A stretch of 64,000 bases of DNA from a virus (IMGVR_UViG_3300025012_000032), one strand, 5' to 3'. Shown: positions 8,837 to 18,204, numbered from the stretch's first letter. Notes: a model not told the origin generated them from the sequence alone. Made by a program: numbers and translations.

Positions 8837-9025
8837 ATAAAATCATCAAATGGTTACGCAAAATGTCCTCAATGTGGTAAGAAATTTGAAATGGGATTCA
8901 ATAATTATTGGATGTCATCTGCTTTTTGAGAATATTCATTCGATCATACATGTGAAGATTGTGGATGTAATTTTAAAATGACCGTAAAAAAGCAAATTTT
9001 GTTTAATACAAAAATAATAAAATAA
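8831..9025 (+). pseudogene. Disrupted zinc-ribbon gene. The frame encodes ...YAKCPQCGKKF...AF*EYSFDHTCEDCGCNF..., with an in-frame TGA at 8927-8929 and no canonical start or RBS.
   Basis: A CxxCG...CxxCG architecture like the intact small zinc-ribbon genes at 6079 and 19610 is visible only when reading through the TGA. Confidence 0.35.
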
Positions 9026-9040
9026 GAAAGGAGTTATATT

Positions 9041-9220
9041 ATGTATGAAATAAATATCGTAGATAATAAAAGTGTAGAACTATATCACGTTTTAAAATTT
9101 TGTAAAGAAGGGAATTGTGCAAATTGCGAACGTGATCCTAAAGGTTCGGATAATTATTGGTGTAAGAAACAATTGTTGCAAGAATGTTTTGATTGGTTTG
9201 ATAAATATTTGCAAGAATAA
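9041..9220 (+). CDS. Small Cys-rich protein (59 aa, CKEGNCANCE...)
   Basis: GAAAGGAG RBS followed by ATG. The ORF is below the track cutoff. Confidence 0.4.
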   Translation: MYEINIVDNKSVELYHVLKFCKEGNCANCERDPKGSDNYWCKKQLLQECFDWFDKYLQE

Positions 9221-9266
9221 TAGTTCGAAATTGTGATATTATGGGAGTAATAAGGAGGATTTAATA

Positions 9267-9572
9267 ATGTTAAAATTTGTTAGTAAAATGTCTGAAGAAC
9301 AGATTAAAGATTACTTTATTACTAAATTATCTAAAGGAGAATATATAGCTCGTTTAGATAAAGGGGAAGACTATTATCGACTTTCGTATGATAATAAATA
9401 TTCAGATTATTGGAGTCATATAGACCATTTATATGATGACAGAATATCACATGATGCTATTTTCAATAAAGATTGGATGTTATATCTATATTCCATATTT
9501 GGAGAAGAATATAAACAATGGTATCAAAATAAACTGGATGAACAATTTGATTATATATTTTATTCTAAGTGA
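9267..9572 (+). CDS. Hypothetical protein
   Basis: AAGGAGGA RBS. Confidence 0.5.
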   Translation: MLKFVSKMSEEQIKDYFITKLSKGEYIARLDKGEDYYRLSYDNKYSDYWSHIDHLYDDRISHDAIFNKDWMLYLYSIFGEEYKQWYQNKLDEQFDYIFYSK

Positions 9573-9582
9573 AAGGAGAAAA

Positions 9583-9792
9583 ATGAAAGATTTTGAAGAA
9601 ATAAGATATGAAGGATATTATGGTAGTTTTGGATATTATAAAACACATAAATTAACTAATAATCAAACAATTATAATATGCTTCAATAAATATGAATTTA
9701 GTAAGTGTAAAGAATACTCAATATTTTTAGCAATTGCAAATAAGAAAAAACATATTCGACAATTTTTATCAGAAGAAAGAGATGTACAATAG
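9583..9792 (+). CDS. Hypothetical small protein
   Basis: GAAAGGAGAAAA RBS followed by ATG at 9583. The track ORF starting at 9433 overlaps the upstream gene in another frame. Confidence 0.45.
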   Translation: MKDFEEIRYEGYYGSFGYYKTHKLTNNQTIIICFNKYEFSKCKEYSIFLAIANKKKHIRQFLSEERDVQ

Positions 9793-9815
9793 GTAAGGAA
9801 ACTGGTAAATGCGGC

Positions 9816-10013
9816 TTGGAAGGTTTAATATGGGCTAAAAATCAGATTATTGAATTTGAGAATTCTGATTTCTGTAAAAATGGAGATTATATTCGCATAG
9901 GATGGAACGATAATAGGCGTAGAAATGTTTATGAGTATGGATTGAGAAAACTAGGATTTATTATGGGATTTAGGGATGGTGGTAAATGTTTATATAAGAA
10001 GATAGAAAAGTAA
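9816..10013 (+). CDS. Hypothetical small protein
   Basis: ORF from the track. Confidence 0.4.
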   Translation: MEGLIWAKNQIIEFENSDFCKNGDYIRIGWNDNRRRNVYEYGLRKLGFIMGFRDGGKCLYKKIEK

Positions 10014-10050
10014 TTATCTGAGTAAATTATAAAGTATAAAATAAAATTAT

Positions 10051-10080
10051 TTGACAAAGACTTCATTTGTATGGTATATT
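10051..10080 (+). promoter_or_regulatory. Sigma-A-type promoter: TTGACA, 18-nt spacer, TGgTATATT (extended -10)
   Basis: Consensus -35, a TG-extended -10, upstream of the ligase gene. Confidence 0.55.
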
Positions 10081-10134
10081 ATGTACAGGAGCAAATGAGG
10101 TATAAATTTTTATTAGAAAGAAGGAGAGATTTTG

Positions 10135-11460
10135 ATGGAAAAAGTATTGGAAATCGTAGAACAACTTCAAGGGACTAGTGGTAGGAATGATAAAGAGGGA
10201 ATCATTCGAGAAAATAAAGACAACCAATTACTTAAAGATATTTTTAAATTTGTCTATAGTATTGAAATTAAAACAGGGATCAAACGCAAGAAACTTGAGA
10301 AGAAAGTAAAATCTAAATCAACTGCTAAAATTACAGATTTCTATAGTCTTAGAGATTTCCTTGTTGAAAATGGGACTGGTTCAGATGAAACAATTGCAAA
10401 TATACAACAATTTTTATCTGAGCAAAATGATAGATTAAAAGAATTATACACTCAAATTATTCTTCAAGATTTAAGGGGTGGTCTTAGTGAAAAAACTATT
10501 AATAGTGCTTTAGGATATGAATTTATCTACATACACAAATTAGAAAAAGGTGAAGTGGCAGAACCAAGACATTTAAAACTGCTTAAAGGGAAAGAATTTG
10601 GTATATATAAAAAGGTTGATGGTTATCGAGCAGAAATTGAAGTTGGTAATGGTAAAGTAAAAATCATGTCATCGGGTGGGGAGTTATTTAAAGAATTAGT
10701 GGACATAGAAACTGTTTTGTTGAGTTCAAATTTGCCTCATGGAGTATTTGCTTGCGAGTTGCTTGCAATTGATTCTGAGGGTACTATGACAAGAATGGAG
10801 GTGTTTAATAAGACTGGTTCACTATTACGAAGAGATGGTATTAAACAAGGAATTGAGGTTAACGTATTTAATTTCATTCCAGATAATGGATTTTATGAAG
10901 GAAAACATTCTACAACTTGCAGAGAAAGAAAAGCATTGGCAAAAGAATTGGTTGATAAGATTAATTCTCCTTTGATTAAAAATGTTGATCCGTTTTATAT
11001 TGGTAAAGATTTAACTCAAATTGATTATTGGTTTGAAAAAATGATTGAGCAAGAAGATGAAGGAATTATGGTTCTTCCAATGGATCAGAAATATAATGGT
11101 AAAAAGTCATATCAACAAATGCTAAAAATTAAAACTGAAAATGAAGCAGATTTACGCATAGTTGGGTTTGAGCGTGGAGAGAAAGGTAAGGCATTTGAAA
11201 ATACTTTAGGCAAAATGCTTGTTAATTACAAAGGAAATACAATTAATGTTATGGCAGGATATAAGATTAAATATGATTCTGTAAAGTATGATGATAGGTT
11301 GGTAAGGGATTATATTTGGAATCATCAAGACGAATTGTTGGGCAAGATTGTGAAAGTGCGTTACATGGATGAAACCACAAATGATAGTGGTGGAATTGAT
11401 TTAAGAATGTGTAGATTGATTGAATATAGGGACGATAAAACAGAAGAGTCTTATAATTAA
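10135..11460 (+). CDS. ATP-dependent DNA ligase
   Basis: Nucleotidyltransferase motif I KKVDGYR (KxDGxR). Motif IV-like EGIMV. Motif V-like LKIK. The length and layout are as in phage ATP-dependent ligases. Confidence 0.7.
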   Translation: MEKVLEIVEQLQGTSGRNDKEGIIRENKDNQLLKDIFKFVYSIEIKTGIKRKKLEKKVKSKSTAKITDFYSLRDFLVENGTGSDETIANIQQFLSEQNDRLKELYTQIILQDLRGGLSEKTINSALGYEFIYIHKLEKGEVAEPRHLKLLKGKEFGIYKKVDGYRAEIEVGNGKVKIMSSGGELFKELVDIETVLLSSNLPHGVFACELLAIDSEGTMTRMEVFNKTGSLLRRDGIKQGIEVNVFNFIPDNGFYEGKHSTTCRERKALAKELVDKINSPLIKNVDPFYIGKDLTQIDYWFEKMIEQEDEGIMVLPMDQKYNGKKSYQQMLKIKTENEADLRIVGFERGEKGKAFENTLGKMLVNYKGNTINVMAGYKIKYDSVKYDDRLVRDYIWNHQDELLGKIVKVRYMDETTNDSGGIDLRMCRLIEYRDDKTEESYN

Positions 11461-11625
11461 TTAAGATAAGAAAGGAATGATTATGTATTATTTACGGAAA
11501 AGGAATATATAAAATAGTTAATCAAGTAAATGATAAAATGTATATTGGAATATGATATTTTAAGAGTAGTTTGAGAAGATAAATGACCAATTTTATTCGG
11601 TAAAAAAGAAAGAAGGATTATATAA

Positions 11626-12564
11626 ATGAAAATAAAATTATTCAGTCACAGCGACCTCGACGGAGTTGGTTGTGGGATTATAGGTAAATTAGCATTTCCA
11701 CAAATTGATATTGAATATTGCGATTATGATAATGTAAATGAGAAAATCAAGCGATACATAGAAACAGAGAGATACAAAAATTATGACACAACCTTTATTA
11801 CAGATATTTCAGTAAATGAAGAAGTGGCAAAATTAATTGACAATGTTTATACTACATCAAATGAGTTTGTTTTATTAGACCATCATAAAACTGCATTATG
11901 GTTAAATGAGCATAAATGGGCATGGGTAGCAGAATATTTAGATGAAGAAGACAATACAAAACAATGCGGAACAATGATGTTTTATCTTAATATTCTTGAT
12001 TATTATATCCCAGAACACCATACCCGACATGTCATCTTGGTAAATGCATATAGTTTTGTTGAAATAGTTAGGCAATATGACACTTGGGAATGGAAAACAA
12101 AATACAATAATATTATTCCAAAACAAGTAAATGATTTGATGGGTCTATTAGGTAGAGAAACTTTTATTGAGAATGCCGTGAATCAATTTACAATGTTGCG
12201 TGAATTTGAAATTACCGAACAAGATTTAACTCTATTAAAGAGAAATCAAGAAAAAATTGATAGTTATATTGAATCAAAAAACGAATCAATTATTATAAAA
12301 GAGATCCAAGGGTATCAGGCTGGAGTGGTTTTTGCAGAAAGATATTCTTCTGAATTGGGGAATAAATTATCTGAATCACATCCTGAATTAGATTTTATTG
12401 CAATTATTAATCCATCTTTTTCGGTTAGTTATAGAACAGTGAAGAAAGGTATTGACTTAGGTTTGATTGCGAAAGTCTATGGTGGTGGAGGCCATCCTCA
12501 AGCTTCAGGAAGTCCAATAGATGAAAATATGAGAAATAGGATTATTGACTTGTTGTTTCAATAA
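11626..12564 (+). CDS. DHH/DHHA1-family phosphoesterase (NrnA-like nanoRNase/pAp phosphatase fold)
   Basis: HSDLDGVGCGIIG matches DHH motif I. LLDHHKT is the DHH motif. GGGGHPQASGS is the DHHA1 GGGH signature. Confidence 0.8.
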   Translation: MKIKLFSHSDLDGVGCGIIGKLAFPQIDIEYCDYDNVNEKIKRYIETERYKNYDTTFITDISVNEEVAKLIDNVYTTSNEFVLLDHHKTALWLNEHKWAWVAEYLDEEDNTKQCGTMMFYLNILDYYIPEHHTRHVILVNAYSFVEIVRQYDTWEWKTKYNNIIPKQVNDLMGLLGRETFIENAVNQFTMLREFEITEQDLTLLKRNQEKIDSYIESKNESIIIKEIQGYQAGVVFAERYSSELGNKLSESHPELDFIAIINPSFSVSYRTVKKGIDLGLIAKVYGGGGHPQASGSPIDENMRNRIIDLLFQ

Positions 12565-12662
12565 AGTGAAATCTGCAAAGTGGCCTATATCAACACTTTA
12601 CGGATATGCTAAATGGCATCAAATTTAACTTTTAATTGTTTTAAGAAAGGAATTGATTTAAT

Positions 12663-13079
12663 TTGAGTAACGTAGAAGATATTAAAGAAAGAATATGTAG
12701 TGCATTAGATTTACTTAATAGAGAGACAGCATTGCAAATAATTAGCGAGATATTAGATGATTATAGTTTGTATACTGCTAGTAAAATTGTTAAAAGTGAT
12801 AAAGATGTTGATTTGAATAAATTATTATTTGAAGAAAGTTTTTATTCAGAGGGCAATGAAGAAGCAGGTTTTATTAAATTAACAACACTTCTTAATGCTG
12901 TTGAAGAAGTAGTAAATTGTGACGATTACATAGATGGGGATATTACATTTGAATATTTTGTTAGGCCAGAAACAGACGAAGAAAATGAAGAGAATGGTCA
13001 TCCAACAGGGGTAGAATGGTGGACTCAGAATGAAAATGTAAATATAAATGATTTATATATTCAGTTTAAAGGGAATTAA
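12663..13079 (+). CDS. Highly acidic hypothetical protein
   Basis: TTG start behind AAGAAAGGAA. Asp/Glu-rich composition (PETDEENEENGHP). Confidence 0.45.
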   Translation: MSNVEDIKERICSALDLLNRETALQIISEILDDYSLYTASKIVKSDKDVDLNKLLFEESFYSEGNEEAGFIKLTTLLNAVEEVVNCDDYIDGDITFEYFVRPETDEENEENGHPTGVEWWTQNENVNINDLYIQFKGN

Positions 13080-13114
13080 TTTCCCAGAAAATTATGGTTT
13101 GAAAGGATGAAATT

Positions 13115-13381
13115 ATGGATTATTCACAAATGATAATAAAAACAACTGAAGATTTTTCCTCTTTTAAAAATATAAATATAATTGGTGTTGATGTATTCGG
13201 GAATGAAGAGATTAAAGATGTTTTAAGACAATGTACTTATAATAAATTTGATGATATGTTAGAATTTGAAATATTAAGTTTGTATGCAAAGCAAAATTAT
13301 GAATTAAAATATAAAGAATATATGTACGATAGTCAAAATCGTATTAAAACTTTTAAATATCACTTATATAAATTACTTTGA
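13115..13381 (+). CDS. Hypothetical small protein
   Basis: GAAAGGATGAAA RBS followed by ATG. Confidence 0.45.
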   Translation: MDYSQMIIKTTEDFSSFKNINIIGVDVFGNEEIKDVLRQCTYNKFDDMLEFEILSLYAKQNYELKYKEYMYDSQNRIKTFKYHLYKLL

Positions 13382-13413
13382 AAAGAACATTTGGTTGGAA
13401 AGGAGATTAAAAT

Positions 13414-13656
13414 ATGTGGTGTAGATATAGATTTAGAACAAAGTCAGTTGAAGATTATAGACCTTTAGTATTTAATCCGAAATACCCTTGGTGGTGTTCT
13501 GGTTATGGCGATGAATGTGCAATTATTGTTGCTTATCTACCAACAACAGAACCTCTTTATGCTTATTGGGATGACGCTTATGATATTGATATGGAAGTGG
13601 TTAGTAAAATTGAATTCTCAAGTCGTTTTCAGAAACCAGATTATTTTGAGGAATAA
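13414..13656 (+). CDS. Hypothetical small protein
   Basis: GGAAAGGAGA RBS followed by ATG. Confidence 0.45.
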   Translation: MWCRYRFRTKSVEDYRPLVFNPKYPWWCSGYGDECAIIVAYLPTTEPLYAYWDDAYDIDMEVVSKIEFSSRFQKPDYFEE

Positions 13657-13675
13657 ATTAGAGGAAGTGTATAAA

Positions 13676-14032
13676 ATGATATTAAAATCAGGTGATTGTT
13701 TTCAAGGAGAAGTTGGTAAACCAAGTGGATTAACAGATGTTGATGGTAACGAATTGTTTATAGGAGACGTTGTATTAGTTTTAAATCTTGATGATTATGA
13801 TATATCACATAATCGCATTACATATCAAGGTGGCCTTAACTTTGTGTGTCAAAATAATAAAGATTGTGGTTATGATGAAGATATGTTTGTTATGGGAATT
13901 AAAGATTTATATCAAAATCATGATGGTGAAATCACTCAAGATGAAGAATGGAAAGTGTTTAAAGTAAAATCTTATAAACAAGTAGTTAATGGTGAGATAT
14001 GGGGAGTTGTAAGAGCAGTAGACGAAAAGTAA
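13676..14032 (+). CDS. Hypothetical protein (118 aa)
   Basis: AGAGGAAG RBS followed by ATG at 13676. The 5' part of track ORF 13505..14032 overlaps the previous gene out of frame. Confidence 0.5.
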   Translation: MILKSGDCFQGEVGKPSGLTDVDGNELFIGDVVLVLNLDDYDISHNRITYQGGLNFVCQNNKDCGYDEDMFVMGIKDLYQNHDGEITQDEEWKVFKVKSYKQVVNGEIWGVVRAVDEK

Positions 14033-14053
14033 AACCCTTGCTACAAAGGGGTT
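14032..14053 (+). terminator. Terminator-like hairpin AAACCCTT-GCTACAA-AGGGGTTT
   Basis: Short GC stem with T's immediately after the stop codon. Confidence 0.45.
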
Positions 14054-14113
14054 TCAGAGGACGATAATTGACATGAAATTGCATTTTGATGGGTACTGGA
14101 GGTGAGATATATA

Positions 14114-14293
14114 ATGAAAGATAAACTCATGATTGAGTTAACTAAAGAGGAAATGAATGTTGTTAAGAACGGTATGTTATTAATTTTATCCCTCTCAAAA
14201 AGAGGGCAACTTGATTTAAAAAACAATGCGAAAGATTTATATGAAGATGTATATAATAAATTTGATTTACTATATGAAAATAAATGGCGTTAA
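14114..14293 (+). CDS. Hypothetical small protein
   Basis: GGAGGTGAGA RBS followed by ATG at 14114. Confidence 0.4.
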   Translation: MKDKLMIELTKEEMNVVKNGMLLILSLSKRGQLDLKNNAKDLYEDVYNKFDLLYENKWR

Positions 14294-14314
14294 GTTAAAG
14301 GAGGGAAATAATAA

Positions 14315-15376
14315 TTGAACACCACAATATTTTTACCTAAAACTATTAAAGTTGGTTATCAAAAACGTTCTGATACATATACAGGTCAACTAGCTTATGT
14401 GATCTACTATGATCAAAAAGGGAAATTAAGAAAGGAGACATCTTGGAATAGTTGGAGAGATGATAAAATTGAACCACAAGAATATTCCAATGAACCAACT
14501 TCAGGGTTTGTATTAAATAAAAAGGTTGGAGACTACGTTTCAGATTGGAATCATCGACAAGCATATGTAAGAGTTTATGATCCTCGTAACTTTGAATTTG
14601 AAATCACTATAGAAAACTTACTTTACATACTTGAAAATGCTAGTTCAATCAAAGGAAAGGGATTAGAAGGTGATTTTGTTTATGGTTGGGATGGGAAAGA
14701 TTTAATTTTAATACCTGTAGAATCACCTGACTATAAAGAATTAAGTGATCTGAACAATTTAAGACACGAGAGAAAGAAATTTGATGGAAAGAATTTAATT
14801 TTAGGTGGTACATATAAATCTAATTCCAATAATGAATTAATTTATTTGGGTAGATTTTATGAAAATAATGACGATGGCAAAGAAACAAAAACTTATTTCT
14901 TTTATAATAGAAACGTAAGTTGGAATAAAATTGTATCTATAAAATCTTTATCAGGGAATATAATTGATATTATAGATGAAATTTGTGTAGAAGATTACGC
15001 TGATTTGATGGATGAATTATTAAAAGATAGTAAATATTCTGCTAGAGAACCTAAATATGATACTTATTTGGATTACACATTGGAAGAATTTAAAGCAAAT
15101 TTAAAAGAAAATGCTTATTGGAGACATAAATATTTTACTCAAATAGACAACAAATATGTAAAATATCAAATCAAAAGATACAGTGACTATAGTTGGCATT
15201 ATAATTATAATAAAGATCAAAAAAATTATACTTATGATGTTTATACTACGAATAAAAGACGTAGAGATGAGAAAATAATGGGGTCTGCTTCTCCAGAGCA
15301 AATATTCAATAAACTAAATCCAAAATACCTAGTAACATATAATCAAAATAAAGAATTAATTAAGGAGTGGAAATAA
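14315..15376 (+). CDS. Hypothetical protein (353 aa)
   Basis: AAAGGAGGGAAA RBS with a TTG start. Confidence 0.55.
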   Translation: MNTTIFLPKTIKVGYQKRSDTYTGQLAYVIYYDQKGKLRKETSWNSWRDDKIEPQEYSNEPTSGFVLNKKVGDYVSDWNHRQAYVRVYDPRNFEFEITIENLLYILENASSIKGKGLEGDFVYGWDGKDLILIPVESPDYKELSDLNNLRHERKKFDGKNLILGGTYKSNSNNELIYLGRFYENNDDGKETKTYFFYNRNVSWNKIVSIKSLSGNIIDIIDEICVEDYADLMDELLKDSKYSAREPKYDTYLDYTLEEFKANLKENAYWRHKYFTQIDNKYVKYQIKRYSDYSWHYNYNKDQKNYTYDVYTTNKRRRDEKIMGSASPEQIFNKLNPKYLVTYNQNKELIKEWK

Positions 15377-15378
15377 AA

Positions 15379-15783
15379 ATGGCAAATGAAACAAACGATT
15401 CAAAAATTATGGAATTAAAGAAACAAATTGAAGAAAAGAAAGCAAAGTTAATCAAATCTCAAAAGTTTTCACCTATTACAAATAGTTCAATTGAATTAGA
15501 TGGGGTAAGAACTAATATCCAAGTTCTTAATAAAGAACAATTAACTTATCTATTAGTTAAACTTAATTCATATGCAATATCTGCTAAAGAATTAGAAATT
15601 GATTTTGTTATCTCTGGTTATCATATTGTAGATTGGATTGCAGATATTAAATCTAAACTTGATTTTGTGAGTCGCAAAGAAGAAGAAAATAAACTAAAGG
15701 TTATGGAATCTAAATTACATCAATTACTTTCTAATGAAAAGAAAGTTGAACTTGAAATTGATGAAATTATGAAGAATTTGTAA
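15379..15783 (+). CDS. Hypothetical coiled-coil protein
   Basis: TAAGGAGTGG RBS followed by ATG at 15379. Confidence 0.5.
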   Translation: MANETNDSKIMELKKQIEEKKAKLIKSQKFSPITNSSIELDGVRTNIQVLNKEQLTYLLVKLNSYAISAKELEIDFVISGYHIVDWIADIKSKLDFVSRKEEENKLKVMESKLHQLLSNEKKVELEIDEIMKNL

Positions 15784-15793
15784 TTAGAATAAA

Positions 15794-15817
15794 GGGAGGG
15801 TGTTAAATAATCCTCCC
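15794..15817 (+). terminator. Hairpin GGGAGG-loop-CCTCCC after the stop codon. There is no U-tract, so it is only a weak terminator candidate.
   Basis: Inverted repeat read from the sequence. Confidence 0.3.
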
Positions 15818-15857
15818 AGAAAAGATACACTCTGTCTTATGAAAGGAGAAATATAAA

Positions 15858-15998
15858 ATGAACGATCCAAACGATTTTCAATGTGATATTTGTGGCAATA
15901 CATTAACTTCAGAATCTTGTTTTTGTGATAAATGTAAATCATGGTTATGTAATGGTTGTGCATTTGAAGATGAATGTGAAGAAAAACAGGGTAAATAA
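15858..15998 (+). CDS. Small Cys-rich zinc-ribbon peptide (46 aa, CDICG...CDKCK...CNGC)
   Basis: GAAAGGAGAAA RBS followed by ATG. Confidence 0.4.
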   Translation: MNDPNDFQCDICGNTLTSESCFCDKCKSWLCNGCAFEDECEEKQGK

Positions 15999-16147
15999 TA
16001 TTTGAGAAAGGAAAAATTATGAATTGGTGTAAAAGTCCAAGGAAATAAATCTTGATTTTCTACATAGAAAAGGGGTATAATAAACACTAAATAAAGAAAT
16101 AATATATCTTATCAACAAACTTCAAGAGAAGGGAGATAAGATATATT

Positions 16148-16381
16148 ATGACAACCATTCCAACGTCAAACGGTTATATTAAGTCATTTTTTGTTCTTGG
16201 AAATGAGTCAGGTAAAGCGTTTATCAATCATCATAGTAGTAAAGTTTTAATTTCAGATCCAATGAAGTCAAGAATGTTTGATTCTTATAAGGATGCATTG
16301 GATTTTAATGTACAATTTAAAAATAATTATTCTGAAAAATTATTTGTATATCAGATTAGAGTTACAGTAGAATTGGTTTAG
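16148..16381 (+). CDS. Hypothetical small protein
   Basis: GAAGGGAGA RBS. Confidence 0.45.
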   Translation: MTTIPTSNGYIKSFFVLGNESGKAFINHHSSKVLISDPMKSRMFDSYKDALDFNVQFKNNYSEKLFVYQIRVTVELV

Positions 16382-16398
16382 ATTTTTAATTTTAGTTG

Positions 16399-16449
16399 AG
16401 GTGTAATATATAGAGTTAAAAATAAAATGTATTACACCTTTATTTTTAG
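16399..16449 (+). terminator. Intrinsic terminator (stem AGGTGTAATA/TATTACACCT followed by TTTATTTTT)
   Basis: 10-bp stem plus a T-tract. Confidence 0.6.
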
Positions 16450-16511
16450 AAATAATTTAAAGACTATATTTGATGCTATATTGAATTGAATAAAATAGAC
16501 AGGAGGAAATC

Positions 16512-17663
16512 ATGTTAACTTCATGTAAAGAAAATCAATATCTTGTATTTTATCTTGATGATGGGAAAAATGTTAAATATAATTTATCAACAGGCGAAAC
16601 TATTGGAAAACTTGGAAAACCAGTAAAAGATATTCGCACACAACTTAGAGGAAATGATTTACTACAAGTTATCAATTCATTTCAGGATAAAAATTATAGT
16701 AATTTCTTAAATTTTCTGGATAGAAATTTTATCAATAAATCACATTCGGAAAAATATCATTACGGCAGCAGGGTAGATCGCATTACAAATATAGGTAGTT
16801 TCTTATCTAAAATTGAGAATTATAAATATCTTGAACAATATTTTGCATGTGGGTTGAAAAAACTTGATCCTAAAATTAGATACAAATTAACTGAAATTCC
16901 AAAAAACCTAATTAAATTATGTAAAACGCATGATATTGAATTAAATAACGATTTAATAGATTCCTATAAATTAAGTCCAGATTTATTTTCTAACTTATTA
17001 AATTATGAATTTACAACTATAAACAAAATGAACATTCAAGATATATTGTATTCAAATGAATATGGTAAAAACAAATTCGATCAATTAATAAAGACACATA
17101 ATTACAAACCAACATCGTTATTACAATACATAGATAATTTAATGACATTCGAGGCTTTAGATAACTTCCATTCAGTGGTTGGTGAGTTATTGGATTATTG
17201 CAACATGATGAGCAAAATAAGTCCAAAATATGAAAAGTATCCAAAGAATTTTTTAACAACTCATAAGATTGCCACAAGAAATTATACTCGTTTAATACAA
17301 AAGTTCGTAGAAGAAGATTTTAAAAAAGTTATTGATCTAAAATTAGAGCATACATATGATAAGTTTAAAATTGTTTATCCTAAAACTACACAAGATATTA
17401 AAGACGAGGCAGTACAGCAAAATCATTGTGTAGCAAGTTATATACAAAATGTCATTGATGGTAAAACGCATATTTTATTCTTAAGGGATAAAAAAAATAT
17501 TGAAAGGAGTTTAATTACATTAGAAATTAAAAATTATAAAGTGGTTCAGGCCAGAGGAAAATTTAATAGAGACGTAACCAAAGAGGAACAAGGTGTTATT
17601 AATAAGTACAATGAAAAATTAAATAAAATTTATAATAAAAGAAAAGAGGAAATAGCATGTTAA
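16512..17663 (+). CDS. Hypothetical protein, possibly PcfJ-like
   Basis: GACAGGAGGAAA RBS. The C-terminal segment QQNHCVASYIQNV...VVQARGKFN is reminiscent of the PcfJ-like family. That call is made from memory and not verified. Confidence 0.5.
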   Translation: MLTSCKENQYLVFYLDDGKNVKYNLSTGETIGKLGKPVKDIRTQLRGNDLLQVINSFQDKNYSNFLNFLDRNFINKSHSEKYHYGSRVDRITNIGSFLSKIENYKYLEQYFACGLKKLDPKIRYKLTEIPKNLIKLCKTHDIELNNDLIDSYKLSPDLFSNLLNYEFTTINKMNIQDILYSNEYGKNKFDQLIKTHNYKPTSLLQYIDNLMTFEALDNFHSVVGELLDYCNMMSKISPKYEKYPKNFLTTHKIATRNYTRLIQKFVEEDFKKVIDLKLEHTYDKFKIVYPKTTQDIKDEAVQQNHCVASYIQNVIDGKTHILFLRDKKNIERSLITLEIKNYKVVQARGKFNRDVTKEEQGVINKYNEKLNKIYNKRKEEIAC

Positions 17664-18097
17664 AAAATATTAATAAAATTGAAGTAGGTATGAGGGTAAA
17701 ACAAATTAAGGAGTTACCACGATTTAATTATATCGGTACAGAATTTGAGGTAACTGAAATTGTAGATTCAGTTGTAATGTGTAAAAATGGAATGATGGGA
17801 TTTGGTTTATCTGAAAATGATTTCTTTGCATATTTTGAATCTGTTAAATCTGTCGCCAAACAAGAAATTGAGTTTATGACGATTGAAATTGTCGATGGTA
17901 TCAAGACTACTAGAAAAGGATTATTAACTCTTGTAGAGCTTCCTGATGGATCTCAGGGTGCGTCTAAACCATTGCCTCAAGATAAATATGATGCTCAAAG
18001 AGGATACGATATTGCATTTCTAAAAGCAGATATTAGAGCTGATGAAAAAGTAATTAAGATGAAGAAAAGAAAATTAGAAGAGTTAAGAAAGTTTTAA
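17657..18097 (+). CDS. Hypothetical protein
   Basis: AGAGGAAA RBS. The start overlaps the upstream gene's stop. Confidence 0.5.
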   Translation: MLKNINKIEVGMRVKQIKELPRFNYIGTEFEVTEIVDSVVMCKNGMMGFGLSENDFFAYFESVKSVAKQEIEFMTIEIVDGIKTTRKGLLTLVELPDGSQGASKPLPQDKYDAQRGYDIAFLKADIRADEKVIKMKKRKLEELRKF

Positions 18098-18109
18098 GTA
18101 AAATATAGT

Positions 18110-18159
18110 ATTGTGCTTTCTAGAAAACGTTGATATAAGCCACTTTTAGAAAGCACAAT
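18110..18159 (+). terminator. Long hairpin (stem of about 16 bp, ATTGTGCTTTCTAGAAAA...TTTTAGAAAGCACAAT)
   Basis: Inverted repeat after the stop codon, with no classical U-tract. Confidence 0.4.
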
Positions 18160-18204
18160 ATAAGATAAAACGAATCTTTCATAGGTTAGAAAGGAGTTTA
18201 TTTT

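Noticed and set aside
8927-8929. Possibility that the in-frame TGA in the zinc-ribbon frame indicates stop-codon reassignment (genetic code 4-like)
   Set aside because: TGA is used as an ordinary stop codon by several well-supported genes in the window (for example those ending at 3400, 6857 and 9572). A single-site pseudogene or recoding event is more parsimonious.
15794-15817. GGGAGG/CCTCCC hairpin after the gene ending at 15783, considered as an intrinsic terminator
   Set aside because: An A-rich rather than U-rich tract follows it. I kept it only as a low-confidence feature. It may just be the SD-like GGGAGGGTG of the next small ORF pairing with a downstream anti-SD-like CCTCCC.
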